This document shows positions 1 to 10,052 of a stretch of DNA of 64,000 bases, piece after piece. This DNA comes from an uncultured candidatus Porisulfidus sp. (GTDB lineage Bacteria; Pseudomonadota; Gammaproteobacteria; Poriferisulfidales; Poriferisulfidaceae). Position 1 is the first letter of the stretch. Each line of letters opens with the position of its first letter. The position numbers were made by a program, and so were the translations under genes. Under the pieces are notes generated by a model. It worked only from the letters and a program-made list of their open reading frames with translations. It ran no database searches and had not been told where the DNA came from. The stretch covers positions 1,184,001 to 1,248,000 of the forward strand of contig OZ220480.1 in the NCBI GenBank assembly GCA_965116025.1, written 5' to 3'.

Positions 1-1735
1 CCAGCCGGAAGCCTACGTGCCGTCCTCGGACACCTTCATCGAGAAGGACGCTTCGGTCAACGACCATATCGAGCAGATGCGCCTGTCCGCGACCAAGGCC
101 CTGTTCGAGCGCCCCGACACCATCATCGTCGGCACGGTCTCCTCCATCTATGGTTTGGGGGATCCCCAGTCCTACCACCGGATGGTGCTGCACCTGAGTC
201 GCGGCGACCGCACCGGGCAGCGCGGGATCCTGCGGCGGCTCGCGGAGCTGCAGTACAAGCGCAACGAGGTCGATCTTCGCCGCGGCACGTTTCGGGTGAA
301 TGGCGACGTCATCGACGTGCATCCGGCGGATTCGGAGCGCGAGGCGGTGCGCGTCGAGCTGTTCGACGACGAGGTCGAGCGCTTGCGCTTCTTCGATCCT
401 CTGACCGGAGAGGTCAGCCGCGACGTGCCGCGGCTGACCATCTATCCGAAGACCCACTACGTGACCCCGAAGAAGGTGCTGGAGCGCGCGGTGTCGCGGA
501 TTCGCGAGGAGCTCGACGAGCGTCTCGCCTACCTGCAGTCGCGGGAGCGGCTGGTGGAGGCGCAGCGCCTGGAGCAGCGCACCCGTTACGACCTGGAGAT
601 GATCGAGGAGCTCGGCTATTGCGCCGGGATCGAGAACTACTCGCGCTATCTGTCCGGACGGGAGCCGGGCGAGCCGCCGCCGTGCCTGCTGGACTACCTG
701 CCGGACGACGCCTTGATGTTCGTCGACGAGAGCCATGTCACGATTCCTCAGTTCGGCGGCATGTACCGGGGCGACTACTCGCGCAAGAAGAACCTGGTCG
801 ACTACGGGTTCCGGCTGCCGTCAGCGCTGGACAACCGGCCCCTGAAATTCGAGGAGTTCGAGGCGCTGGCGCCGCAGACCATCCACGTGTCGGCCACGCC
901 CGGGCCGTACGAGCTGAGACTGGCGGGGCAGGTGGTCGAGCAGGTGGTCCGCCCGACCGGCTTGGTGGACCCGAGCGTCGAGGTGCGTCCGGTCGCGACG
1001 CAGGTCGACGACCTGCTGTCCGAGATCCGCGCGACCGCCGAGGCCGGCGACCGGACGCTCGTGACCACGCTGACCAAGCGCATGGCGGAGGACCTGACCG
1101 ACTATCTGCGCGAGCACGAGGTCCGGGTCCGCTATCTGCACTCCGACATCGACACCGTGGAGCGCGTCGAGATCATCCGCGATCTGCGGCTCGGCAAGTT
1201 CGACGCGCTGGTCGGGATCAACTTGCTACGCGAGGGGCTGGATATCCCGGAGGTCGCGCTGGTGGCGATTTTGGACGCGGACAAGGAGGGATTTCTGCGC
1301 TCGGAGCGCTCGCTGATCCAGACCATCGGACGCGCGGCGCGGCACGTGAAAGGCCGCGCGCTCCTGTACGCCGACGAGATCACCGACTCGATACGCCGGG
1401 CCATGGAGGAGACCCGGCGCCGCCGCGACCGACAGCGGGAGTTCAACCGCGAGCGAGGCATTACTCCGAGGAGCGTCGAGAAGCGGGTCGCTGACATCAT
1501 GGAAGGAGCGGGTGGCCGCGCTCCCGGAAAGCGTGGCAAGCGAATCCGCTCCGCGGAGCCCGAGCCGATCGAGTCGATGGCGCCGGAGGAGGCGCTACGG
1601 AAGATCCGGGAACTGGAGAAGCGAATGCATGGCCACGCGCGGGAGCTGGAGTTCGAGGAGGCCGCGCGACTGCGCGACCAAGCGCGCGCGATCCACGAGC
1701 GGACGTTTGGCGCGCGGCTCCAGGAGGCCGGCTGA
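1..1735 (+). CDS. uvrB: Excinuclease ABC subunit B (5' truncated by window edge)
   Basis: Frame open from the window start ([16 protein letters not shown]); motifs [39 protein letters not shown] and C-terminal UVR motif [11 protein letters not shown]. Confidence 0.97.
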   Translation, partial: QPEAYVPSSDTFIEKDASVNDHIEQMRLSATKALFERPDTIIVGTVSSIYGLGDPQSYHRMVLHLSRGDRTGQRGILRRLAELQYKRNEVDLRRGTFRVNGDVIDVHPADSEREAVRVELFDDEVERLRFFDPLTGEVSRDVPRLTIYPKTHYVTPKKVLERAVSRIREELDERLAYLQSRERLVEAQRLEQRTRYDLEMIEELGYCAGIENYSRYLSGREPGEPPPCLLDYLPDDALMFVDESHVTIPQFGGMYRGDYSRKKNLVDYGFRLPSALDNRPLKFEEFEALAPQTIHVSATPGPYELRLAGQVVEQVVRPTGLVDPSVEVRPVATQVDDLLSEIRATAEAGDRTLVTTLTKRMAEDLTDYLREHEVRVRYLHSDIDTVERVEIIRDLRLGKFDALVGINLLREGLDIPEVALVAILDADKEGFLRSERSLIQTIGRAARHVKGRALLYADEITDSIRRAMEETRRRRDRQREFNRERGITPRSVEKRVADIMEGAGGRAPGKRGKRIRSAEPEPIESMAPEEALRKIRELEKRMHGHARELEFEEAARLRDQARAIHERTFGARLQEAG

Positions 1736-1740
1736 TGACG

Positions 1741-2742
1741 CTATCGGTGGCCGACGCGGACTAGGGTGCGGCCCTGACCCCGGCCCTCCAAAAATCCCGG
1801 GAAGCGGCCGGGCAGGTCCTCCAGATCGACCGTGTCCGTCACCAGCGGCTCCAGATCCTCCGGCTGGAGCGTCGCGAAAATCTGGTTCCACGCTCGCGCG
1901 CGCGGACCCGGCGGGCAGTTCGCCGAGCTCACGCCCAAGATGCTGACGCCGCGGATGATGAACGGCATGACGGAGCCTTGGAACTCGTTTCCAGTGGCGA
2001 GCCCGACGCTGACCACGGAACCCCATGGCTTCGTTATGCGAATCAGAGCGGCCAGCGTGTCGCCGCCCAGGTTGTCGATGGCCCCGCCGATTTCGGATTT
2101 CGCCAGGCCTCCCGGGCTGCCGCTCGGCTCGAAAGGCTCTCGGACCTCGCCCGCTCCAAGAGCGCGCAGAGCCGCATGCGCTTCGGGCTTGCCCGTCATG
2201 GCGATCGTCGGATAGCCCAGCTTGGAAAGCAGAAGGATGGCCAAACTGCCGACGCCGCCGCTCGCTCCGGTCACCAGGATCGGCCAGTCTTCCTCTTCCG
2301 CGTCGACGCGATTGTCCCTCAGACGGTCGATGGCCAGCATGGCGGTCAGCCCCGCGGTGCCCAGAATGGCCGCCGAGCGCGGAGTGAAGGGGGGCGGAAT
2401 CCGAATCACGGATTTCGCGGGAACGCGCAGGCGCTCGGCGAACCCGCCGTCCCGGGTCTCGGACAGCCCGCACCCGGTCACCAGAACCGCTTGGCCAACC
2501 TCGAGGTCCTCGCCCTCGTCGCTCTCCACATAGCCAGCGGCATCGATTCCCCCGATCAGGGTCGGGACGCGCAAGATCGGCGCCGCGCCGGTCGCGGCCA
2601 TCGCGTCCTTGAAGTTGATCGCGGAGAACTCCGTGGCGATCACGACCTCGCCGGCGCTCAACTCCTCCAGAGACACCTGATCGAGCTCGCAACGAGGCTC
2701 TCCCTCGGCGCGCAAGCGCAACGCGCGGTAGGAACCGCTCAC
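1741..2742 (-). CDS. YhdH/AcuI-family NADPH-dependent MDR oxidoreductase (acryloyl-CoA reductase-like)
   Basis: SAINFKD, GIDAAG, AAILGTAGLTA, VTGASGGVGS, MPFIIRGV motifs; GTG start overlaps the purK stop (GTGA). Confidence 0.85.
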   Translation of the reverse strand: MSGSYRALRLRAEGEPRCELDQVSLEELSAGEVVIATEFSAINFKDAMAATGAAPILRVPTLIGGIDAAGYVESDEGEDLEVGQAVLVTGCGLSETRDGGFAERLRVPAKSVIRIPPPFTPRSAAILGTAGLTAMLAIDRLRDNRVDAEEEDWPILVTGASGGVGSLAILLLSKLGYPTIAMTGKPEAHAALRALGAGEVREPFEPSGSPGGLAKSEIGGAIDNLGGDTLAALIRITKPWGSVVSVGLATGNEFQGSVMPFIIRGVSILGVSSANCPPGPRARAWNQIFATLQPEDLEPLVTDTVDLEDLPGRFPGFLEGRGQGRTLVRVGHR

Positions 2743-3887
2743 GCGCTCAATTTCTGGTGAAGCGCGCGCGCGCGCGCGCGGGCGATTTCCGGATTCGCGT
2801 CCAGCACGCAGATGTGTCCCATCTTGCGTCCGGGGCGCGCCTCCTCCTTTCCGTACAGATGCAGGCGGACGCTCGGATCGTCGCCAAGGATCGTCCAGTC
2901 CGGCTCGCCGTCGCGCCAAAGATCCCCAAGAAGGTTGATCATCGCGGCGGGCGTATGCTGATCGGGCGCGCCGAGCGGGAGACCGCACAAGATCCGCGCC
3001 TGCTGCTCGAACTGGGAGGTGGCGCAGGCGTCCAGCGTGTGATGGCCACTGTTGTGAGGGCGCGGCGCCATCTCGTTGAAGAGCGCCCCGTCGGCCGTGA
3101 CGAAATACTCGACTGCCAGCACGCCCCGATAGTCCAGCGCGTCGGCGATCCGGCGCGCGCTGTCCTGGACGCGCTCCCGCAGGTTTTCGGGGATATCGGC
3201 CGGAGCGCTCGAGCAATGAAGAATCCCGTCGCGGTGCTCGTTCTCCACGACCGGATAGACCACGGACCGGTCGCCATCTCGGGCCACGATCACGGAAACC
3301 TCTCGTCGCAGGTCGAGTCGCCGCTCCAGCACGCACGGGACGTCGCCGAGTTGGGAAAAGGCCGCTTCCGCGTCGGCGAGACTCTCGACGGGAGCCTGCC
3401 CCTTGCCGTCATAACCCAGCCGGTCGGTTTTCAGGATGCAGGGCGGGCCGACCCGTTCTAGCGCGGCGCCGATCCGTCCAGCCTCGTCGACGGGCTGATG
3501 CGGCGCCGGCGGGGTGCCTGGGGCATGCGTCGCGGCGAAGCGCTTCTCCGCGATCCGGCTTTGCGCGACGGCCAGGGGCCGGGCGCCGGGCCATACCGGG
3601 ATTCGCTCGCTCAGCCGCCGCACGGCTTCGGTCGGGACCGACTCGAACTCGTAACTGGCGGCCTCGCACAGCTCGCCAAGTTGATCCAGCGCCTCCGCAT
3701 GGTCGTACTCGGCGACCAGATGCTGGTCGGCCAGGAGTCCGGCCGGACAAGGATTTTTCGGTTCTAGCACGACGACGCGGTAGCCTAGCTTCCGCGCGGC
3801 CTCGGTGAACATGCGGCCTAGCTGGCCGCCGCCCAGCATGCCCAAGCGGGCGCCTGGCGCGAGGGGCCTAGTCGATTTTCTGCTCAA
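2739..3887 (-). CDS. purK: N5-carboxyaminoimidazole ribonucleotide synthase
   Basis: [50 protein letters not shown]. Confidence 0.96.
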   Translation of the reverse strand: MSRKSTRPLAPGARLGMLGGGQLGRMFTEAARKLGYRVVVLEPKNPCPAGLLADQHLVAEYDHAEALDQLGELCEAASYEFESVPTEAVRRLSERIPVWPGARPLAVAQSRIAEKRFAATHAPGTPPAPHQPVDEAGRIGAALERVGPPCILKTDRLGYDGKGQAPVESLADAEAAFSQLGDVPCVLERRLDLRREVSVIVARDGDRSVVYPVVENEHRDGILHCSSAPADIPENLRERVQDSARRIADALDYRGVLAVEYFVTADGALFNEMAPRPHNSGHHTLDACATSQFEQQARILCGLPLGAPDQHTPAAMINLLGDLWRDGEPDWTILGDDPSVRLHLYGKEEARPGRKMGHICVLDANPEIARARARALHQKLSA

Positions 3888-4365
3888 GGACGGCGCGGGT
3901 TTGGGCGGCCCGGAAGTCGTCCAGACGCTCCGAAAGGTCCGGGTCCGCGTCCGCCAGCATGGCCGCCGCGAACAGCGCGGCGTTCGCGGCTCCGGGCGCG
4001 CCGACCGCGAAGGTCGCGACTGGAACGCCTTTCGGCATTTGCGCGATCGACAGCAGGGCGTCCCAGCCCTGCAGCGCGGTCGCGTTGATGGGAACGCCGA
4101 GCACTGGCACCGGTGTCATGGCCGCTATCATGCCCGGCAAGTGCGCGGCCCCGCCGGCGCCGGCGATTACGCAACGGACTCCGCGCTCGCGGGCTTCGCG
4201 GGCGAATTCCGCCATCAGGTCAGGGGTTCGGTGCGCGGACACGACCCGCGCGAGGTAGGGGATTTCCAGCGCGTCCAGTTGCTCGGCCGCGGCCCGCATG
4301 GTGTCCCAATCGCTACGACTCCCCATCACGATGGCGATGGGCGGCTCCGAATCCGGATAGGTCAT
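3868..4365 (-). CDS. purE: N5-CAIR mutase
   Basis: [38 protein letters not shown]; start placed at ATG 4365. Confidence 0.96.
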   Translation of the reverse strand: MTYPDSEPPIAIVMGSRSDWDTMRAAAEQLDALEIPYLARVVSAHRTPDLMAEFAREARERGVRCVIAGAGGAAHLPGMIAAMTPVPVLGVPINATALQGWDALLSIAQMPKGVPVATFAVGAPGAANAALFAAAMLADADPDLSERLDDFRAAQTRAVLEQKID

Positions 4366-4565
4366 GAGTGACGGCGCGAGGACTTTCGGGAATGGCGAAT
4401 TATACTGCGTAAGCATATAATGTATTCGCCTTGATGGTTGCTGTTCCCTGATTCAGGGAAAATTCCATGGTGCGCTGTTCTGCCGATTCCCCAACCAGGA
4501 TAGGTCGCTAACCGAGACCAAATTCCATATAACTCGGCATATCGGGAAATCAGGTTTAACGAAAA

Positions 4566-5681
4566 ATGTCATCCGTTCACTATCACGAAGGACGTTTCCC
4601 ACCAGACCAATATCTTGACTGGCCTAGGTTAATTCCATTCATTGGTCCGACGGCGGCGGCGGTCGCGCGTTACGATGGGACGCTTGCCGCGATTCCGAAT
4701 CCTGATGTATTGCTATCACCCTTGATTACTCGGGAAGCGGTTCTCTCTTCGCGTATTGAGGGCACGCAGGCCACCATGGGAGAAGTGCTGGAATTCGAGG
4801 CCGGACGAGAACCCGCCTCGCCGGAACGCCGAGAGGATATCCATGAAGTGCTTAATTACCGGGCAGCTATGCGCCAGGCGGAAAAGATGCTAGATAAGTT
4901 GCCGCTGACCCAGCGCGTTTTCCGTGAGGCACACTCCGTGTTGCTTGCTGGGGTGCGTGGACAAGGAAGATCTCCTGGTGAGTACCGGCGCATTCCAAAC
5001 TGGATCGGACCGCCTGGTTGTGCCATTGATGATGCAAAATTCGTTCCCATTGGCGCGGAGAAGCTTCCATCCGCCATGGCCGCGTGGGAGCGTTACATCC
5101 ATGAAGAAACCCCTGACCGGTTAGTGCGACTCGCCATTCTGCATGCCGAGTTCGAGGCCCTGCATCCATTTCTGGACGGCAACGGACGCTTGGGACGGAT
5201 GCTGGTCCCTCTTTTCCTTTGGCAGACCGGAATCATAGGGGCGCCCGTGTTTTACATCAGCGCCTATTTCGAGGCCCGGCGCGATGCTTACTACGACGGT
5301 CTGCTTGCTGTCTCTCGCGATGATGACTGGACCGGTTGGTGCCTATTTTTTCTTGAGGCGGTGCGAGCGCAAGCTGAAGATAACCTGGTGAAGACCAAGG
5401 GCATTCTGGATTTATATGAGGAAATGAAAGACCGTGTGCCTCGCATGACTCGCTCCCAATATGCCGTTCGCGCCCTGGATTGGGTATTCAAGCGACCTAT
5501 TTTCAAGGGCGCCGACTTCATGGCTGGTGCGCGAATTCCAGAGTCCACCGCACGACGGATTCTCGGAATTATGTGTAAAGAGGGCATCTTGAAGGTCGTT
5601 TTCGAGAGGAGTGGGCGTCAGGCAGCCGTTTTGGCCTTTCCCAAATTGCTTAACATCGCGGAGGGGAAAACCGTATTTTGA
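4566..5681 (+). CDS. Fic-family protein (class II-like, N-terminal inhibitory motif, probable C-terminal HTH)
   Basis: Catalytic HPFLDGNGRLGR and inhibitory SSRIEG motifs; visibly more AT-rich than flanks. Confidence 0.92.
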   Translation: MSSVHYHEGRFPPDQYLDWPRLIPFIGPTAAAVARYDGTLAAIPNPDVLLSPLITREAVLSSRIEGTQATMGEVLEFEAGREPASPERREDIHEVLNYRAAMRQAEKMLDKLPLTQRVFREAHSVLLAGVRGQGRSPGEYRRIPNWIGPPGCAIDDAKFVPIGAEKLPSAMAAWERYIHEETPDRLVRLAILHAEFEALHPFLDGNGRLGRMLVPLFLWQTGIIGAPVFYISAYFEARRDAYYDGLLAVSRDDDWTGWCLFFLEAVRAQAEDNLVKTKGILDLYEEMKDRVPRMTRSQYAVRALDWVFKRPIFKGADFMAGARIPESTARRILGIMCKEGILKVVFERSGRQAAVLAFPKLLNIAEGKTVF

Positions 5682-5690
5682 CGTTCATCT

Positions 5691-5743
5691 ATGGCGGACA
5701 AACTTGTTTGTCCGCCACATTTCGCGAAATATGGCGGACAAAC
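5691..5743. repeat. Three alternating copies of ATGGCGGACAAAC, including a near-perfect 38-bp palindrome
   Basis: Forward 5691-5703, inverted 5706-5718 (one mismatch), palindromic spacer ATTTCGCGAAAT 5719-5730, forward 5731-5743. Confidence 0.85.
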
Positions 5744-5878
5744 GCTCTTTACTGCAATATATGAACGTCAAAGAGACCGCGCCTGGGTCCGGGAAGCGGG
5801 CCCGTTCGATTCGGCGAAGCCACGCCCTTGGCTGGCTTCTCGCCGGGAGAGACCGCTTTCGCCAGCGTCTCCGCGAGC

Positions 5879-6802
5879 ATGCCTCCCGTCTTTAGGACCA
5901 ATCTCGCCCGCTTGCCGCTTCTCGCCCGGGGCAAGGTGCGAGATCTGTACGAGATCGACGCGGATCATCTGCTGATGGTGGCCACCGACCGGCTGTCGGC
6001 TTTCGATGTCGTGTTGCCGACTCCGATCCCTGATAAGGGAAAGATTCTGACCGCCATCTCCGAGTTCTGGTTTGATCGTCTTAGGCGCGTCGTGGGGAAT
6101 CACCTTTGCCCTCTGGATCTGGAGGATTTGCCGCTGGGGCCGGGAGAGCGGGAAATGCTGGCGGGTCGCGGCATGCGGGCGCGACGGCTTGATCCCTTGC
6201 CAGTGGAGGCGGTCGTTCGCGGCTACCTGATCGGATCGGGTTGGAAAGACTACCAGCGCGACGGACAGGTATGCGGCATCGACTTGCCAAGCGGTCTGGA
6301 ACTGGCCGCGCGCCTTCCCGAGCCGCTGTTCACTCCCGCCACCAAGGCTCGTCCGGGCGAGCGCGACGAGAACATCAGTTTCGAGGCGGTGGCGGATCTG
6401 ATCGGAAGGGAGCGCGCGGAAGAGGTGCGGGACGCGAGCCTCCGGTTGTACGCGGAGGCCAGCGCTCACGCCCGCGAGCGCGGGGTCATCATCGCCGACA
6501 CCAAATTCGAGTTCGGGCTGGACGCGGAGGGAACGCTGACGTTGATCGACGAGGCGCTGACTCCGGATTCGTCCAGATTTTGGGACGCGGACGAGTGGCG
6601 TCCGGGCGAGCTGCCGCGCAGTTTCGACAAGCAATTCGCGCGCGATTGGCTGGAGACCTTGGGCTGGGACAAGCGTCCGCCCGGGCCGGAGATCCCGCCC
6701 GACATCGTGGAGCGAACCGCCCAGCGCTATCGACAAATTGGCCGCCGTCTGCGCGGCAAATCGATCTTCGACGAAAGGAGACCCAACCTATGGCAAACCT
6801 GA
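5879..6802 (+). CDS. purC: SAICAR synthase
   Basis: GKVRDLYE, TDRLSAFDV, EAVVRGYLIGSG, IIADTKFEFG, DEALTPDSSRFW, DKQF. Confidence 0.96.
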   Translation: MPPVFRTNLARLPLLARGKVRDLYEIDADHLLMVATDRLSAFDVVLPTPIPDKGKILTAISEFWFDRLRRVVGNHLCPLDLEDLPLGPGEREMLAGRGMRARRLDPLPVEAVVRGYLIGSGWKDYQRDGQVCGIDLPSGLELAARLPEPLFTPATKARPGERDENISFEAVADLIGRERAEEVRDASLRLYAEASAHARERGVIIADTKFEFGLDAEGTLTLIDEALTPDSSRFWDADEWRPGELPRSFDKQFARDWLETLGWDKRPPGPEIPPDIVERTAQRYRQIGRRLRGKSIFDERRPNLWQT

Positions 6803-7155
6803 AAGAGCCCGGAAAGACCCCGGAAGTCCGGATCGCGGAATTGGAGAAGTACGTCGCCCGCATGCGCGTGGGCCTGATCCTGATCGGATCGATCATCCTG
6901 TACCAGGGCACCGCGGATATGGGACTGCTGGGCCCGACCCGGCTGTACGCCACGGAAGTCTACGCCAGCCAGTTCATCTTGGAGGACGAGGACCAGAAGG
7001 TGTACGGACGATGGGAGGTGACGGAAGAGGGGGACCCGGCGCGGTTCATGGTGTTCGGTGACGGTCCAGATTATGTCCTGATTCGCGCGGATGGCCTAGA
7101 GCGGCGAGCGGATCGCGTTCCAAGCGAGCCGGTTCCGGAAGCCTCGACCGATTGA
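6790..7155 (+). CDS. Hypothetical single-pass membrane protein (121 aa)
   Basis: AAAGGAG RBS at 6774-6780, ATG 6790 overlapping purC end, hydrophobic stretch VGLILIGSIILY. Confidence 0.65.
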   Translation: MANLKEPGKTPEVRIAELEKYVARMRVGLILIGSIILYQGTADMGLLGPTRLYATEVYASQFILEDEDQKVYGRWEVTEEGDPARFMVFGDGPDYVLIRADGLERRADRVPSEPVPEASTD

Positions 7156-7297
7156 CGGTGGGGAAGCGGATTCTGGTTTGGTATTGGCGGACGAGCGCCG
7201 GGTCTGGTTTTTCGCGGCCTTCGGGCATGCTTCGCCATGGCGGTCGCGCTCATCGCGTCTCCGAGCGCTCGCCCCGAATAGTCGATCCAACGCCATA

Positions 7298-7374
7298 AGC
7301 GAATTTCTTACCGACATGATGAGCGAATAATGGTATAACTGAAAAAGCGAATTAACGCGCGACTAGATCAGCGA
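7298..7374 (+). promoter_or_regulatory. Four AGCGA(AT) direct repeats at exact 24-bp spacing, with a -10-like TATAAC between copies 2 and 3; putative operator
   Basis: Motif starts at 7298, 7322, 7346, 7370; TATAAC at 7334-7339; ATG at 7386. Confidence 0.55.
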
Positions 7375-7385
7375 GAAATCCCACG

Positions 7386-8912
7386 ATGGCGTCACCTTCC
7401 GAAAAACTGGCCGCTTCGCTCGACGCGCTCAACAAGCTGCAGGAGCGTGGAAGCGTCGCGATACGTTCCGCGGACCTCTCCAGAACGCACAGGGAGCGAT
7501 TGCTGAAAAACGGTTTCTTGGAGGAAGTCCTCAAAGGTTGGTACATTCCCTCTCGCCCCGACGAGGCGAAGGGCGGTAGCGTTGCTTGGTACGCCTCTTT
7601 CTGGCGGTTTTGCGCGGCATACCTCAACCATCTCAAGGGCGATGACTGGTGTTTGTCTCCCGAACAGTCGATCATTCTTCACGCCGGGAACTGGTCGGTG
7701 CCGCGGCAATTGCTCGTGCGCTCGGCGAAGGCCCGAAACAACGTGACGGTCTTGCCGCACGGAACGTCGTTGCTGGACATACGCGCGAGTTTGCCATCCG
7801 CCAAGAGCGTGAGCGAAATGAACGGCCTTTGGGTTTTCGCCCTTCCCGCGGCGCTCGTGGCTTGTGGTCCGCGATTCTTCACGCGAAATCCGACCGATGC
7901 GCGCGCGGCCTTGTCCACGGTCGTCGACGCGTCGGAAATCCTGGTGCTGCTGCTCGAAGGGGAACACAGCGCGATCGCGGGGCGCTTGGCGGGCGCGTTC
8001 CGTGACATTGGACGGGACTTGATCGCGGACGACATTCTGGCGACCATGCGCGGCGCCGGATACGAAGTTCGGGAAAGCGATCCGTTCGACCAGGCGCCCA
8101 TCAAGTTGGAAACCCGCGAGCGGTCGCCCCATGTCAACCGAATTCGGCTGATGTGGCGAGAGATGCGGCCCGTCGTCCTGCGGCATTTCCCGGAGCCAGG
8201 CGCCCGACCTATTGATGCGAACGCGTATATGCGGCGCGCCGAGAGCGTGTACGTCACCGACGCGTACCATTCGCTCTCGATCGAAGGGTATCGCGTGACC
8301 CCGGAACTTATCGAGCGAGTCCGCTCGGGAGACTGGAACCCGGAGCGAAACGAGGACGACCGGGAAAGACTCAACGCTTTGGCGGCCCGGGGATATTGGC
8401 AGGCGTACCAAAGCGTCCGATCCAGCATCGAGCGAATCCTGTCTGGCGAGAACGCTGGAGAAGTCGTGGAGAGCGATCATCGCGCATGGTACAGGGAGAT
8501 GTTCGCTCCAGGGGTGGCGGCCGGCATTCACAAGCCCGCCGATTTGGCGGGATACCGCGACGGGCCAGTCTTCATACGCCATTCCATGCATATGCCGCCG
8601 AGCCGGGAGGCCGTCCGGGACGCCATGCCCGCGTTCTTCGATCTGCTTCGGGAGGAGGAATCTCCGGCGATTCGAGTCGTCCTGGGGCATTTCATCTTCG
8701 TGTATATCCATCCATACATTGACGGAAACGGGCGCGTCGGGCGCTTTCTGATGAACGCCATGCTGGCCAGTGGCGGATATCCGTGGACGGTCATTCCGCT
8801 GGAACGGCGCGGGGAATATATGGAGACGCTCGAAGAGGCCAGCGTGAGACGGAACATCAAGCCGTTCGCCAGATTTTTGGGCGAGCTCGTGAAAGCGGGG
8901 ATGGCCGATTGA
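7386..8912 (+). CDS. Fic-family protein with long N-terminal (AbiEi-like) extension
   Basis: HPYIDGNGRVGR near the C-terminus and inhibitory SLSIEG; N-terminal GFLEEVLKGWY and CLSPEQSIILH resemble AbiEi antitoxin motifs. Confidence 0.88.
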   Translation: MASPSEKLAASLDALNKLQERGSVAIRSADLSRTHRERLLKNGFLEEVLKGWYIPSRPDEAKGGSVAWYASFWRFCAAYLNHLKGDDWCLSPEQSIILHAGNWSVPRQLLVRSAKARNNVTVLPHGTSLLDIRASLPSAKSVSEMNGLWVFALPAALVACGPRFFTRNPTDARAALSTVVDASEILVLLLEGEHSAIAGRLAGAFRDIGRDLIADDILATMRGAGYEVRESDPFDQAPIKLETRERSPHVNRIRLMWREMRPVVLRHFPEPGARPIDANAYMRRAESVYVTDAYHSLSIEGYRVTPELIERVRSGDWNPERNEDDRERLNALAARGYWQAYQSVRSSIERILSGENAGEVVESDHRAWYREMFAPGVAAGIHKPADLAGYRDGPVFIRHSMHMPPSREAVRDAMPAFFDLLREEESPAIRVVLGHFIFVYIHPYIDGNGRVGRFLMNAMLASGGYPWTVIPLERRGEYMETLEEASVRRNIKPFARFLGELVKAGMAD

Positions 8913-9053
8913 TTTTCATCGCGCCCTGCAAAGAGCCCCAGGGTGCAGCGAGGCTTTCCTCACGCCTGGACAGGTTGCCGAATCCGCGTGGCGCGCCGGG
9001 TTTGGCGAGAAAGGTCGAAATCTGCTAAACTAGCCGCCGCGCGAGACGCACTA

Positions 9054-9497
9054 ATGAGTAAAAAGACACTGACCCGTAGCACGGCCAGCGCCACGCCCGG
9101 CGCGGGCGAGTGGTATGTGGTGGACGCCGCCGACAAGATTCTTGGCCGCCTCGCGACCCAGGTGGCGCATCGCCTGCGCGGAAAGCACCGGCCCGACTGG
9201 ACTCCGCACGTGGACGCGGGCGACCATGTCATCGTGCTCAACGCCTCTTCGGTGCAGGTGACCGGAAACAAGCGGGCCGACAAGATGTACCATCGCCATA
9301 CGGGCTATGTTGGCCATTTGCGGAGCGAATCCTTCGGGGATCTGCAGGCCCGCGCTCCCCAGCGCGTCATTGAGATCGCGGTTCGCGGGATGCTCCCCAA
9401 AACCCGACTGGGCCGCCGCATGCTGCGTCGGCTGCATGTTTATGCCGGGGACGAGCACCGGCACGTCGCCCAGCGACCCGCCGCGTTGGAGGTCTGA
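9054..9497 (+). CDS. rplM: 50S ribosomal protein L13
   Basis: [36 protein letters not shown]. Confidence 0.97.
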   Translation: MSKKTLTRSTASATPGAGEWYVVDAADKILGRLATQVAHRLRGKHRPDWTPHVDAGDHVIVLNASSVQVTGNKRADKMYHRHTGYVGHLRSESFGDLQARAPQRVIEIAVRGMLPKTRLGRRMLRRLHVYAGDEHRHVAQRPAALEV

Positions 9498-9499
9498 CC

Positions 9500-9889
9500 A
9501 TGAGCGCCGTTCATTTGGGCACTGGACGTCGCAAGAGCTCGACCGCGCGGGTGCGTCTGAGCGAGGGAACCGGGGAGATGCGAATCAACGACCGCTACCT
9601 CAAGGACTATTTCGTTCGAGAGACGGCCCGAATCCAGGTTTGCCAGCCATTGGTCGTGTGCGGAATGCTGGGCAAGCTAGATCTGGATGCCAAGGTTTCC
9701 GGGGGCGGCATCAGCGGCCAGGCCGGAGCCATCAAACTCGGCATCGCCCGGGCGTTGCTTTCCTATAGCGAAGAGAATCGCGCGCAACTGCGACAAGGCG
9801 GGTTTCTGACCCGTGATGCAAGAATTGTCGAACGAAAGAAAGTCGGACTGCGAAAGGCCCGCAAGGACGTTCAGTACTCCAAACGTTGA
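9500..9889 (+). CDS. rpsI: 30S ribosomal protein S9
   Basis: [35 protein letters not shown]-terminal QYSKR. Confidence 0.97.
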   Translation: MSAVHLGTGRRKSSTARVRLSEGTGEMRINDRYLKDYFVRETARIQVCQPLVVCGMLGKLDLDAKVSGGGISGQAGAIKLGIARALLSYSEENRAQLRQGGFLTRDARIVERKKVGLRKARKDVQYSKR

Positions 9890-10052
9890 GTTTCGAGTCT
9901 CTGGGGCATTCCGGGAATTCCGGAAAGGCTTTCACCATCTTCGAAGACCAGATCCACGCTTAGAGCGGACCGTTCGGGTCGCGCGTCATGGCTGATGGAT
10001 GTCTTGGTCTACCATATGAAGCGCGACTTCAACCAATATGAGGGGAAATAAC

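Noticed and set aside
2762-2780. Alternating GC dinucleotide run (also near 42555-42570)
   Set aside because: Encodes in-frame Ala-Arg repeats in purK and gyrA; unremarkable at this GC level
4400-4425. Possible LexA box upstream of the Fic gene
   Set aside because: CTG is present but there is no CAG at the required 10-bp spacing
7298-7374. Periodic repeats as a mini-CRISPR
   Set aside because: Conserved core is only 5-7 bp, far too short; kept as a putative operator
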